In this document: piece by piece, positions 47,433 through 57,302 of the stretch
How the letters are laid out: each line of letters begins with the position of its first letter
Numbering within the stretch: position 1 is the first letter of the stretch
Source: a virus
Lineage: Duplodnaviria > Caudoviricetes
Strand: one strand, 5' to 3'
Length of the DNA: 64,000 nt
IMG/VR virus record: IMGVR_UViG_3300006115_000008
Location: 1-64,000 of that record
The notes under the pieces: generated by a model
The model's database searches: none
What the model was told of the DNA's origin: nothing
What the model saw: the letters and a program-made list of their open reading frames with translations, nothing else
Made by a program: the position numbers and the translations under genes

Positions 47433-48277
47433 AAAAAATTCGAGTAATCAAATTCTAATGGTAACTGGAATTCTTTGGCGCATGAGGTACATGCAATTCT
47501 TGGTGCTTTGATTGCCCCTTCTCGATTGAGTTCAGCAAGTCGTTCTTGAACTAACTTAGTGATCTTGCCATCAGTGTTTTCATAAAACTCTCGTATGTGT
47601 TCGGGTTTGGTAACACGTGCGCCATCATCAAGTTCAATGTATTCGGTGCTACTGGTAACAATATCTAGGCCAATGTCAACTAACACACCCATGCTTCGAT
47701 TAATTTGATTTGCCTTTACTTCAAGATCAAGTGATTCATCGTTTAAGGAATTCATAATTCGATTTTCTTCAAATGTAACTACATTCTTTTTGTTGATGTT
47801 GAAAAACTGTTGTGGACAGATTTTTATTTTTAACTCGCCAACTTCAATCTTTTGTGAGTAGTCGGGGGTAGTTATATTGCTTAACACCTGTTGCAAGTCA
47901 ACTGTGTTGTTGTTTTCTGCGTTACAGTGCGGGCACAAACTGTCTACATCCATGTCGTTTTTGTAGCTGGCAATGCGTATACCAATTAGCACAGCATCAA
48001 TATCAATACTGGGCATTTTCCAAGCATCTACAATGCTGGGGCAACAACTTTGAACAATTTCCGCAATGCTACTACCGTTCATGAGAGCATCAGGGGTACG
48101 TAGTGTGATCTCGTCTCGAGCAGTCATAGGATAAACTGGTATTTCTCCGGTGACTGGCAAATTGAGACTGCCCTCGGGCCAATACTGTCCGTTTGAGGGC
48201 AATTTCATGTGAATTGCTGGTTGTCTAAAGTATTTAGACAGTGGATTTGTTTTTGTAGCCGGTTGAGTATTTTCCAT
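47417..48277 (-). CDS. gp26: Baseplate hub assembly / tail-assembly chaperone (T4 gp26-like)
   Basis: NPL.KYFRQP.I..KLPS.G...PMTARDE...D.D..LI.IRIASY, CPHC and CTSC zinc pairs, C-terminal NFF. Confidence 0.75.
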   Translation of the reverse strand: MENTQPATKTNPLSKYFRQPAIHMKLPSNGQYWPEGSLNLPVTGEIPVYPMTARDEITLRTPDALMNGSSIAEIVQSCCPSIVDAWKMPSIDIDAVLIGIRIASYKNDMDVDSLCPHCNAENNNTVDLQQVLSNITTPDYSQKIEVGELKIKICPQQFFNINKKNVVTFEENRIMNSLNDESLDLEVKANQINRSMGVLVDIGLDIVTSSTEYIELDDGARVTKPEHIREFYENTDGKITKLVQERLAELNREGAIKAPRIACTSCAKEFQLPLEFDYSNFFGIGS

Positions 48278-48291
48278 AGTTGTAGATCCAA

Positions 48292-48318
48292 TAAATATAA
48301 TTGATACTCGTATTTATA
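48292..48318. promoter_or_regulatory. Face-to-face late promoters for the gp26-like (-) and tape-measure (+) genes
   Basis: TAAATA at 48292-48297 (+) and TATAAATA at 48311-48318 (-) within a 64-nt divergent intergenic region. Confidence 0.6.
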
Positions 48319-48341
48319 ATACAATATAACAGGGAAAATTA

Positions 48342-50996
48342 ATGCCACTAGATCCATCAGACGCATCCGTACTAGCACAAGCCGTTGCACAGGGCATGAA
48401 AGCCTACCACGAAGTGGGCGGAGCAGGGGGAACTGGTAAAGGGAAATTTGTTACCGTTGCGGATCTATCGGGCAATGCTGAGCAGTTTAAAAAGGCTCTG
48501 CAAAATCTTACACACAATGTTAAAGATGCAGCAGTAGCTTCAAAATCAGCTTTTAACGATGTGATATCTGCCTTTAAGGGCGGTGCAGTGTCAATGATGG
48601 ACAACTCGCACGAGTTAGACAAACTCAACGAGGCTCTCAAAGAGTCACAAACCAACATGAAGTCAGCGGCTGCTGCTAACGATGCAGCTTCTATAGCACT
48701 AGAACAAAGTCGCCAAACTGAAATCAAGAAAACCAAGGCCGCTATAATTGGTATTCAAGTGGCTCAAAATTTAACCGCGGTCACTGCTGGGGTTATCAAT
48801 GCTTATGTTGATTATCAGTATGCCTTAAAGGGTCTGCAGTTAGACTACGAGGCTGCACTTATTGGCGGTAAGTCGGCAATAGACACTTATACTGACACAG
48901 TCAAGGGTGGCATGGATGCACAGACTCAATTGCGAAGCAGTCTATACCAAGTTGAAGAGGCCGCTGGTGGTGCTGCATTTGCTCTGGGCTTGATGTTACC
49001 TGGATGGGGTAAAATACTGTCTTTACTGGGCTTGGCCTTATCAGCTTGGGCAGCAGTTAATGATCGTGATCAAAAGCAACAAAACGAATTTCAGAAAAAG
49101 AATTTAGAAAACCTACGTGCACAATTAAACAAAACAATTGATTCCTATAAATTAATTACTGATTCGGGCGGAGCTTTAGCTGGCGGCATGACCGAAATGA
49201 CTACTCTTGCTATCAAGTCTGGGTATGGTATTAAATTATTTGGCGAAGGGTTAAAACTAAGCCGAGAGAGCATACAAAAATTGGGCATCAGTTACGATGA
49301 TTCGGTACAGTTGTTGTCTGGATTTGGACAAGCTCTGCATAAAGATTACAAAGCCGGCGGAGATCTTGCCAAGCAATTGGACAAGTTGGGTTATGCCGGC
49401 GAGCACCAAATTGAAATAATGGCCGAAGTATCGGCTAAATTGAAAATGTCCGGAGATGAAAGATACAACAACGACCAATTTGTCGCAGCACAAAGCGTTG
49501 AGTATGCCAAGACATTAAAAGTGATGACTTTAATAACTGGACAAAATGCCAAAGATGCACTCAAGAAGGCACAACAAGAATCGCTAGAAGCTGGCTTATT
49601 TGCTAAATTTGGTGGTATTAAAGGAGCAACAGATAAACTAACTCAACAGATTGCTAGTGCTGAAACTGGCTTAGGCACTCGCATGAAAGAGATGTATGTG
49701 GATTACATGCGTTTAGGGCGACTTCAGGGTTCGTCATCCAATATAATTGCCAACATAATTCCACAGGTTCAAAAAGAATTTGAATTTCAAAAATCACTCT
49801 TGAACGACACTAGTAAAACTGCCGACCAACAACGGGAGTTGTTAGCTGAATCTAACGAGCGTATCAAATTGAGTGTGCGGGATTATGTGGCAGGGCATAA
49901 AACAGAAATTGATGCCTTCGCCCAAGCATCGCAAACTAACAATACCGCTAAAGAAGTAATGGAAACACTTAGTGGTACAATACAACACAGTACCGGTGTG
50001 TACAAAGGCCAAGCAATTGATGCTGAAAAACTAGCTAAAGATTCAGCAACCAACAAAGCCAAATTGGATGATGCAGTTGCTCGAGCACAAGAAAATCAAG
50101 TGCAGGCCTTCGCTGATATGGATAAAAAAATGTCAGGCTCGGTTGAGGATTTTGCCCAAAACATTGCCAACACCAAAGGCGGATTTGATGCGCTAATAAA
50201 ATCTATGGGAGCATTTGGCGATACACTAAATCCAAAGAGTATGTGGCAAAAGTTTGTGGACTATGCTAAAGGTTCTGGCGCAGCTGCTGCACAAAAAATG
50301 CATGACCTAGGTCATGGGCGTACCAATGTCAACTTACAAAATGCCACTGTATCTGGTGGAGGTGGAGCAGCACCGCAGTTTCGCAGAATGACTGAGGGCG
50401 GCGCTGGTGCTGCTGGTGCTGCTGGTGCACCTGGAGGGGCCAGCCCAAGATCGCTATCTGACATTATTTCATTTGGTGGCAATACTGGAGACGAAGCACA
50501 TTTTCGCCAAGCTGATGCTTCGTTACAAGGTGCGTTTGTTGCAATGGCGCAAGAATATTATGAAAAGACAAAGAAAAAACTTCACATCAACAGTGCTTTT
50601 AGAAGTTTGCAAGAACAAACTAATGTAGCATCAACGTCAGGAATGAAGGCCAAACCTGGACATAGTTTACACGAACGTGGCAAGGCATTAGACATTAACA
50701 GTAGCGAAGTTGCTGAATTATCAGCTATGGGCTTGTTAGAACGATACAAGTTTAATACATTAGCCGGAGATCCAATGCATATCCAAATGGCCGACAACGG
50801 TGCTAATTTGGGCGTGGGCGACAGTGCTATTGTTGGTGAGATGGGCCCAGAAATTGTGTCAGGACCGGGATCGGTTACATCCAGATCTCAAACAAGTCAA
50901 GTGTTTGCCGAAATGACTAGAACGCTAAAAGAGATCAGCAATACTCTCAAAAATAGCAACACTGTGGCACGCAAAACTTTAAATGCAGTAGCGTAA
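48342..50996 (+). CDS. Tape-measure-like protein with C-terminal M15 (VanY-like) Zn peptidase
   Basis: About 690 aa Ala/Gln/Lys-rich helical region with a hydrophobic segment and Gly linker, then SAFRS..EQ...PGHSLHERGKALDI...DPMHIQ and IVGE.GPE. Confidence 0.75.
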   Translation: MPLDPSDASVLAQAVAQGMKAYHEVGGAGGTGKGKFVTVADLSGNAEQFKKALQNLTHNVKDAAVASKSAFNDVISAFKGGAVSMMDNSHELDKLNEALKESQTNMKSAAAANDAASIALEQSRQTEIKKTKAAIIGIQVAQNLTAVTAGVINAYVDYQYALKGLQLDYEAALIGGKSAIDTYTDTVKGGMDAQTQLRSSLYQVEEAAGGAAFALGLMLPGWGKILSLLGLALSAWAAVNDRDQKQQNEFQKKNLENLRAQLNKTIDSYKLITDSGGALAGGMTEMTTLAIKSGYGIKLFGEGLKLSRESIQKLGISYDDSVQLLSGFGQALHKDYKAGGDLAKQLDKLGYAGEHQIEIMAEVSAKLKMSGDERYNNDQFVAAQSVEYAKTLKVMTLITGQNAKDALKKAQQESLEAGLFAKFGGIKGATDKLTQQIASAETGLGTRMKEMYVDYMRLGRLQGSSSNIIANIIPQVQKEFEFQKSLLNDTSKTADQQRELLAESNERIKLSVRDYVAGHKTEIDAFAQASQTNNTAKEVMETLSGTIQHSTGVYKGQAIDAEKLAKDSATNKAKLDDAVARAQENQVQAFADMDKKMSGSVEDFAQNIANTKGGFDALIKSMGAFGDTLNPKSMWQKFVDYAKGSGAAAAQKMHDLGHGRTNVNLQNATVSGGGGAAPQFRRMTEGGAGAAGAAGAPGGASPRSLSDIISFGGNTGDEAHFRQADASLQGAFVAMAQEYYEKTKKKLHINSAFRSLQEQTNVASTSGMKAKPGHSLHERGKALDINSSEVAELSAMGLLERYKFNTLAGDPMHIQMADNGANLGVGDSAIVGEMGPEIVSGPGSVTSRSQTSQVFAEMTRTLKEISNTLKNSNTVARKTLNAVA

Positions 50997-51001
50997 TCTG
51001 C

Positions 51002-51009
51002 TATAAATA
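51002..51009 (+). promoter_or_regulatory. T4 late promoter TATAAATA for the portal gene
   Basis: Exact T4 consensus 23 nt before the ATG. Confidence 0.7.
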
Positions 51010-51032
51010 TACTACTACGAGAGAATATAATT

Positions 51033-52742
51033 ATGGCCGGATGGAAAAAGTATTTTAAAACCAGTAACTTACCAAGCAATGTAAGTCCTTTGGGCGGTGG
51101 ACGCCCTGCGGATCCAGGTATGCGTAACTATCAAAGTCAGTTACCTGAAGTTTATATTGGGCATCCAAATCGTGTTGAACGTTATAATCAATACGAACAA
51201 ATGGATATGGACAGTGAGGTTAACGCTGCTTTAGATATTTTAGCTGAGTTTATGACTCAAAAGAATCAAGAAAACCACACTAGCTTTACAATTAAATTCA
51301 AAGAAACTCCTAGTGACAATGAAGTAAAGATTCTCAAAGAGCAACTACAACAATGGGTTGCCTTAAACGAGTTTAACAAGCGTACATTCAAAATTGTGCG
51401 TAACACCATCAAATACGGAGACCAAGTGTTTATCCGTGATCCCGAAACATTTAAACTAATGTGGACGGAAATGAGCAAGGTTACTAAAGTTATTGTTAAC
51501 GAAGGCGACGGCAAAAAGCCCGAGCAGTACATGATCAAAGACTTAAATCCTAACTTTCAAAACTTAACAATGACTGCGGTAGCTACTACAGATACCTATA
51601 TGAATCATCCACAAACAGGTGGGCCCAGCGGTGCTTATGTACAACCACAAACACCATTTGGCGGCGGCTCAAGATTTAGTCATGCTAAAAACGAAGCAGC
51701 AATTGCTGCTGAACACATAGTTCATATTAGTTTAACCGAAGGCTTGGATGTGTTTTGGCCGTTTGGTAATAGCGTATTAGAAAACATTTTCAAAGTGTTC
51801 AAGCAAAAAGAACTGCTGGAAGACTCGATTATTATCTATCGTATACAACGTGCCCCAGAACGTAGAGTATTTAAAATTGACGTAGGTAACATGCCCAGTC
51901 ATATGGCCATGGCATTTGTGGATCGTATCAAGAATGAGATACACCAACGTAGAATTCCAACTCAAAGCGGTACTGGCAGTAACGCAAACATGATGGATGC
52001 TACATACAATCCACTAAGTCAAAACGAAGACTATTTCTTCCCGGTAACTGCTGATGGTAGAGGAAGCTCTGTTGAAGTATTCCCGGGCGGTACCAACTTG
52101 GGCGAGATCACAGACTTGCGCTTCTTTACTAATAAACTATTCCGTGGTTTGCGTATTCCCTCAAGCTATTTGCCAACTACCGCTGATGACGGAAGTCAAG
52201 CGTATACTGATGGTAGAGTAGGTACTGCACTGATACAGGAATGGCGCTTTAATCAGTATTGCCAACGTTTGCAGGCTATGATTTGTGAGTCATTAGACAG
52301 AGAATTCAAACTGTTTATGCGTTGGAGAGGCTTTAATATTGACGGAAGTTTATTTGATTTATCATTTAATGAACCACAAAACTTTGCACAATACCGCCAA
52401 GCAGACATTGATACTGCACGTATTGCTACGTTTACACAACTAGAACAGTATCCTTATCTTTCTAAACGTTTCTTAATGAAACGTTATTTGGGCATGACTG
52501 AACAAGAGATCAGTGAGAACGAGACCGCTTGGGCCGAAGAAAGAGGCGACGTTGAAGCAGCACCTGCTGAAGCTGCTGGCTTAAGAGGAGTTGGCGTAAG
52601 CCCAGGTGGTATTCAAAGTGATTTGGATAACCTAGGTGGCGAAGGCGGAGCAATAGATGGCGGAACTCCAGGAGAGGCCGGAGAAGCTGGCCCAGGTGCT
52701 GGAGCTGGTGTAAACGCTGGCGCAGCAAGTGCTGGTCTTTAA
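51033..52742 (+). CDS. gp20: Portal protein (T4 gp20-like)
   Basis: Y..MD.DSEVNAALD...LLEDSIIIYRIQRAPERRVFKIDVGNMP...EDYFFP...GRGS.VE..PGG.NLGEI.D..FF..KL.RGLRIP.S.L. Confidence 0.95.
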   Translation: MAGWKKYFKTSNLPSNVSPLGGGRPADPGMRNYQSQLPEVYIGHPNRVERYNQYEQMDMDSEVNAALDILAEFMTQKNQENHTSFTIKFKETPSDNEVKILKEQLQQWVALNEFNKRTFKIVRNTIKYGDQVFIRDPETFKLMWTEMSKVTKVIVNEGDGKKPEQYMIKDLNPNFQNLTMTAVATTDTYMNHPQTGGPSGAYVQPQTPFGGGSRFSHAKNEAAIAAEHIVHISLTEGLDVFWPFGNSVLENIFKVFKQKELLEDSIIIYRIQRAPERRVFKIDVGNMPSHMAMAFVDRIKNEIHQRRIPTQSGTGSNANMMDATYNPLSQNEDYFFPVTADGRGSSVEVFPGGTNLGEITDLRFFTNKLFRGLRIPSSYLPTTADDGSQAYTDGRVGTALIQEWRFNQYCQRLQAMICESLDREFKLFMRWRGFNIDGSLFDLSFNEPQNFAQYRQADIDTARIATFTQLEQYPYLSKRFLMKRYLGMTEQEISENETAWAEERGDVEAAPAEAAGLRGVGVSPGGIQSDLDNLGGEGGAIDGGTPGEAGEAGPGAGAGVNAGAASAGL

Positions 52743-52763
52743 ACAAATTGGTTAAATACAAAT

Positions 52764-53006
52764 ATGAATATCACTGATTTATTTGAAGACTTTGACAAAG
52801 CGCCCGAGGGCTATTACTCTGAAAAAGACGATAAGAGCACTCTCAAAATGAACGACAGTCGAGTAACTCGTGTGACATTTGACCACCTACATAGACTTAG
52901 ACTAAGTCATGACGTTAAAAAACTTGAGCACGAAAAGAAACTCAAGCAAACAGCAAAACAGTACGCAGTAGCCCCAGAAGGCGGCGCTGGCATGCCTGGC
53001 CTATAG
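52764..53006 (+). CDS. Small head-module protein (gp67/gp68-like position)
   Basis: 80 aa ORF between portal and protease; TAAATA lies 5 nt before the ATG. Confidence 0.65.
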   Translation: MNITDLFEDFDKAPEGYYSEKDDKSTLKMNDSRVTRVTFDHLHRLRLSHDVKKLEHEKKLKQTAKQYAVAPEGGAGMPGL

Positions 53007-53104
53007 TTATACAACTAAAATTCGCCAAAAAAACCCCATTTAACCCCGAAATCTGCGTAGTTAAGTAAATAACTACACAAAGCCACTTTATTAAAGGAAT
53101 TTTT

Positions 53105-54238
53105 ATGAACAAGTTTGAAAAACTAATTGAATATATCATCAATGATGAAGACGACAAAGCACGTCAACTTTTCCACACAATCGTTGTAGAAAAGTCACGT
53201 GACATTTACGAAAACATCATGGCTGAAGAAATGGAAGAAGAAGGCGTTGCTGGCGACAAAACTGGCGGCCTTGCAAAAGAATTAAAAGCAGTTGATACTG
53301 AAGAAGCAGTACACGAAACTGATGAAGAAGGTGAAGGCGATGACGGCGAAGGCGATGACGGCGAAGGCGATGACGGCGAAGGTGACACTAAGTTTAATCT
53401 AGACAGTGAAGACGATGACGGCAACCTAAGCGGTGAAGTTGATCCTGAAGCTGGCGAGCATAACGAGATCGAACAACAAGTTATGAGTGCAAACGACAAG
53501 CTAGACGAGCTACTAGCAAAATTTGATCAAATCGTTGGCGGACAAGAAGGCGGAATGGAAGAGCCAGGAATGGAAGAGCCAGGAATGGAAGGGCCAGGAA
53601 TGGAAGAGCCAGGAATGGAAGAGCCAGTGGACGAAATGTTCATGGAAGAAGAGTCTGCTGAAAAGAAAAACGAAAAGAAAATGACTAAAGCTGAAAAAGA
53701 AGAAGCCGGAAAACCAAACATGAAAAACACCGGCAAAAAAGATGGTGGTAAGCCATTTGAATCACGCCAACGTTCAGTAAGCGAACTAATGCGTGAGTAT
53801 GTTGAGAAGATTGAAGATATCAACTTAACACCTGGTACATATAGCGAAGGTGACCCTGTTGGAGCTGGTACAAAGACTGGTAAAGTTAAAGTTAATACAA
53901 CTTATACTGGTTTGGAACAAGGTCCAGACTTTGGTGGTACAAGCGAGAACATTGTTTCTAAGCGTGGTGCTACAAATGAAAATCCAGATAACAAAGCAAT
54001 TCCAAAGCCAAGCAATGAGTACAACAAAGGCGAAGGCAATTTGCCAGGCGCTGGTAAGTTTAAAAATGCTCCAGGCAACAAGAAAGTTTGGGACGGCGGA
54101 TCTGACAAAGGCTATGGCGCTGAGAAGAAATCGGGTTCAGAAGGTACTAACGCAGGTTCCAAAAACACAATTGGTACTAACGTGAACAAGAAGTCTGAAC
54201 TAGGCCAAGCTGGTCAGCCAACTGGCAAGAAGAAATAA
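53105..54238 (+). CDS. Prohead core/internal protein, acidic N-half and Lys/Gly-rich C-half
   Basis: 377 aa low-complexity protein with a late promoter motif (53066-53071) and AAGGA RBS, located before gp21. Confidence 0.65.
   Translation: MNKFEKLIEYIINDEDDKARQLFHTIVVEKSRDIYENIMAEEMEEEGVAGDKTGGLAKELKAVDTEEAVHETDEEGEGDDGEGDDGEGDDGEGDTKFNLDSEDDDGNLSGEVDPEAGEHNEIEQQVMSANDKLDELLAKFDQIVGGQEGGMEEPGMEEPGMEGPGMEEPGMEEPVDEMFMEEESAEKKNEKKMTKAEKEEAGKPNMKNTGKKDGGKPFESRQRSVSELMREYVEKIEDINLTPGTYSEGDPVGAGTKTGKVKVNTTYTGLEQGPDFGGTSENIVSKRGATNENPDNKAIPKPSNEYNKGEGNLPGAGKFKNAPGNKKVWDGGSDKGYGAEKKSGSEGTNAGSKNTIGTNVNKKSELGQAGQPTGKKK
53333..53386 (+). repeat. In-frame 15-bp tandem repeat (GAAGGCGATGACGGC x3, plus a partial copy)
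   Basis: Encodes EGDDG repeats. Confidence 0.9.
53552..53626 (+). repeat. In-frame 15-bp tandem repeat (GGAATGGAAGAGCCA x5)
   Basis: Encodes GMEEP x5, one copy GMEGP. Confidence 0.9.
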
Positions 54239-54256
54239 TAGGATAGGCACAATAAA

Positions 54257-54895
54257 ATGGCTTTGTACCTACGTGAGAACTTAACTTTTGACCGCGCTGG
54301 AATCAAGATTATTCTTGAAGAAGGAAAAGACGGAAAAGGAAAAGATCTCTATATGGAAGGGATATTCGTTGAAGGAGGCGTGAAAAACGCTAATCAACGA
54401 GTATACCCAGTCCACGAAATACAAAAAGCTGTGGAAACTATCAATGGTCAAATCAAAGAAGGATATAGCGTCCTAGGAGAAGTAGACCATCCAGACGATT
54501 TAAAGATTAACCTAGACCGTGTAAGTCACATGATTGAAAAAATGTGGATGGATGGTCCTGCAGGTTTCGGAAAATTAAAAGTATTACCAACACCAATGGG
54601 CAAACTAGTTGAAGCTATGATTACATCAGGCGTAAAGCTAGGAGTAAGCTCACGTGGATCTGGTAATGTTAACGAAGGAACGGGACACGTTAGTGATTTT
54701 GAAATCATTACTGTGGATATTGTGGCACAACCCAGTGCCCCACATGCTTATCCAAAAGCGATTTACGAGTCGTTAATGAATATGCGTGGTGGTAGTAAAG
54801 TATTTGAACTAGCAAGTGAAGCTAGTCAAGATCGAAAAGTACAAAAGTACCTGAAGGAATCTCTAACAGGATTCATCAAAGAACTTAAAATATAG
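54257..54895 (+). CDS. gp21: Prohead protease (T4 gp21-like)
   Basis: LYMEGIF...NANQRVYP...GEVDHP...INLDRVSH...TPMG...GVSSRGSG...DIVAQPSAP.AY. Confidence 0.95.
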   Translation: MALYLRENLTFDRAGIKIILEEGKDGKGKDLYMEGIFVEGGVKNANQRVYPVHEIQKAVETINGQIKEGYSVLGEVDHPDDLKINLDRVSHMIEKMWMDGPAGFGKLKVLPTPMGKLVEAMITSGVKLGVSSRGSGNVNEGTGHVSDFEIITVDIVAQPSAPHAYPKAIYESLMNMRGGSKVFELASEASQDRKVQKYLKESLTGFIKELKI

Positions 54896-54908
54896 GAGAT
54901 ATATCCAG

Positions 54909-56024
54909 ATGTTAGATGCTATCAAACCATTGTTGGATAACGGAATTATTAACGAAGACACACGTACTGCTATTGCTGAAGCCTGGGAAGCCAGAATCAC
55001 TGAAGCAAAAGAACAGGCTCGTGCTGAACTACGTGAGGAATTCGCACAACGTTATGCACATGACAAATCAGTTATGGTTGAAGCTCTTGACAAAATGGTT
55101 ACAGAAAGCCTAACTGCCGAACTACAAGAGTTCGCAGAAGAAAAACAAAAACTAGCCGAAGACCGTGTTAAGTTTAAAACACACATGGTTGAAAGTGCAG
55201 GCAAGTTCAACAATTTCCTAACTGCTAAACTAGCAGAAGAAATCAGTGAACTACGCAACGATCGTAAAATGTATGAAGCTGCCATTGGCAAACTTGAGGC
55301 ATTTACAATTCGTGCACTAGCAGAAGAAATCAAAGAATTTGAAGCAGACAAGAGAGCAGTAGTGGAAACTAAAGTTCGTCTAGTTCGCGAAGGTAAAGCT
55401 AAACTAGCTGAACTACAAAGCAAGTTCGTTGCACAATCTGCACAAGCAGTCCAAGAGGCCGTAACCAGTTCGTTAGAGTCAGAATTGACTCAACTAAAAG
55501 AAGACATTACCGTGGCACGTGAAAACATGTTCGGTCGTCGTTTATTCGAAGCGTTTGCTAGCGAGTTTGCTGGTACTCATTTAAATGAGAACAAAGAAAT
55601 TCGTAAGCTACAAGGTACAGTAAATGTACTAAGTAACAAGTTGCAAGAAGCAGTTTCTGCAATTCAAAGCAAAAATGCACTAGTTGAATCAAAAGAACGT
55701 GAAGTTCGTATTATCAAGGAATCAGTAGACCGTAAGCAAAAACTTGCAGAATTACTGAAGCCATTGAATAAAGAAAAGTCTGCAATTATGCAAGACCTTC
55801 TTGAGAGTGTACAGACTGAGAAATTACAGTCTGCATACGAAAAGTATCTTCCAGCAGTACTAAACAACAGTTCAGTTAAGACACCAGCTCCACAAGCTAA
55901 AGTATTAACAGAATCACGTGTAGTAGCTACCGGAGATAAAACTGCTAAAGCTGCCGTTAAAGTTGAAAGTACAGAGTCGCAAGACAACGTATTTGAGATC
56001 AAACGTTTAGCAGGGCTTAATTAA
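54909..56024 (+). CDS. gp22: Prohead scaffolding protein (T4 gp22-like)
   Basis: Glu/Lys/Ala-rich coiled coil between gp21 and gp23. Confidence 0.85.
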   Translation: MLDAIKPLLDNGIINEDTRTAIAEAWEARITEAKEQARAELREEFAQRYAHDKSVMVEALDKMVTESLTAELQEFAEEKQKLAEDRVKFKTHMVESAGKFNNFLTAKLAEEISELRNDRKMYEAAIGKLEAFTIRALAEEIKEFEADKRAVVETKVRLVREGKAKLAELQSKFVAQSAQAVQEAVTSSLESELTQLKEDITVARENMFGRRLFEAFASEFAGTHLNENKEIRKLQGTVNVLSNKLQEAVSAIQSKNALVESKEREVRIIKESVDRKQKLAELLKPLNKEKSAIMQDLLESVQTEKLQSAYEKYLPAVLNNSSVKTPAPQAKVLTESRVVATGDKTAKAAVKVESTESQDNVFEIKRLAGLN

Positions 56025-56050
56025 AACCCTAAAAGGAAAAAGGAAAAATC

Positions 56051-57229
56051 ATGTCACAAGTATTATTAGAAAGCCGTTGGGGCGAAACAAAAGAAGCCCT
56101 GTTAGAAGGCTTACACGGTTCTAAAAGAACAAGCATGGGCGTTATTCTTGAGAATACACGCAAGATGCTAGCTGAAAATGCAACAGCTGGTTCAACACAA
56201 GCAGGTAACGTAGCAACACTTAACCGTGTTATTCTACCAGTTATCCGTCGTGTTATGCCTACAGTTATTGCTAACGAGATCATTGGTGTTCAACCAATGA
56301 CAGGTCCAGTTGCTCAGATTCATACACTACGTGTACGTTACGCTGACAACTTTACAGATGGTTCACCATATGCAACATCAGCTAACGCTGGTGATGAAGC
56401 ATTATCACCATTCAAGATTGCAGTTGCTTACTCTGGTTCTAATACAACTGGTCAAGCTACTTCTACTGCATCTCTAGAAGGTATTGCTGGTAACAGAATC
56501 AACGTTCAAATCTTGAAACAAGTTGTTGAAGCTAAAACACGTAAATTGTCTGCTCGTTGGACATTTGAAGCTGCGCAAGATGCACAATCTATGCACGGTT
56601 TAGACGTAGAAGCTGAAATCATGGCAGCATTGGCTCAAGAGATCACAGTTGAAATCGACCAAGAAATTCTAGGTTCACTACGTGCCCTAGCCGCTACTGA
56701 TTACACATTTGATCAGTCAGCAGTTTCTGGTACTGCAACATTCGTTGGTGACGAGCACGCTGCTTTAGCGGTTCTAATCAACAGAACAGCAAACTTGATT
56801 GCACAACGTACACGTCGTGGCGCTGGTAACTGGTGTGTTGTAAGTCCTGCTTCATTGACAGTACTACAATCTGCTACTACTTCTGCTTTTGCACGTACTA
56901 CAGAAGGTACATTCGAAGCTCCTACAAACACTAAGTTTGTTGGTACATTGAATGGTGCAATGAAGGTTTATGTTGACGGTTATGCAAACGACGGCCAAGC
57001 AGTATTGGTTGGATATAAAGGTTCTAGCGAGGCTGATGCAGCTGCGTTCTATTGCCCATATATTCCATTAATGAGTTCTGGTGTTGTTCTAGATCCATCA
57101 ACATTCGAACCAGTAGTTAGCTTTATGACACGTTACGGATATGTTGAATTGACAAACACTTCATCATCTCTAGGTAACGCAGGCGACTACGTTGGTGAGA
57201 TTGCTGTTGCAAACTTAACATTCCAATAA
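56051..57229 (+). CDS. gp23: Major capsid protein (T4 gp23-like)
   Basis: RRVMP..IA..I.GVQPMTGP...VEAKTRKLSARWT.E.AQD....HG.D.EAE...FYCPYIPL...P...F.TRYG; probable maturation site LAE/N. Confidence 0.97.
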   Translation: MSQVLLESRWGETKEALLEGLHGSKRTSMGVILENTRKMLAENATAGSTQAGNVATLNRVILPVIRRVMPTVIANEIIGVQPMTGPVAQIHTLRVRYADNFTDGSPYATSANAGDEALSPFKIAVAYSGSNTTGQATSTASLEGIAGNRINVQILKQVVEAKTRKLSARWTFEAAQDAQSMHGLDVEAEIMAALAQEITVEIDQEILGSLRALAATDYTFDQSAVSGTATFVGDEHAALAVLINRTANLIAQRTRRGAGNWCVVSPASLTVLQSATTSAFARTTEGTFEAPTNTKFVGTLNGAMKVYVDGYANDGQAVLVGYKGSSEADAAAFYCPYIPLMSSGVVLDPSTFEPVVSFMTRYGYVELTNTSSSLGNAGDYVGEIAVANLTFQ

Positions 57230-57256
57230 TCAAGCAATACTTGATATAGGAAATTC

Positions 57257-57282
57257 AAAAAAGCACTTTCGGGTGCTTTTTT
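57257..57282 (+). terminator. Rho-independent terminator after gp23
   Basis: AAAAAAGCACT-TTCG-GGTGCTTTTTT, with a UUCG loop. Confidence 0.9.
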
Positions 57283-57302
57283 GTTGGCGGTGGTATCAGC
57301 GA

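Noticed and set aside
53333-53626. Tandem repeats as a possible CRISPR array
   Set aside because: They are 15-bp in-frame coding repeats without spacers, and there are no cas genes.
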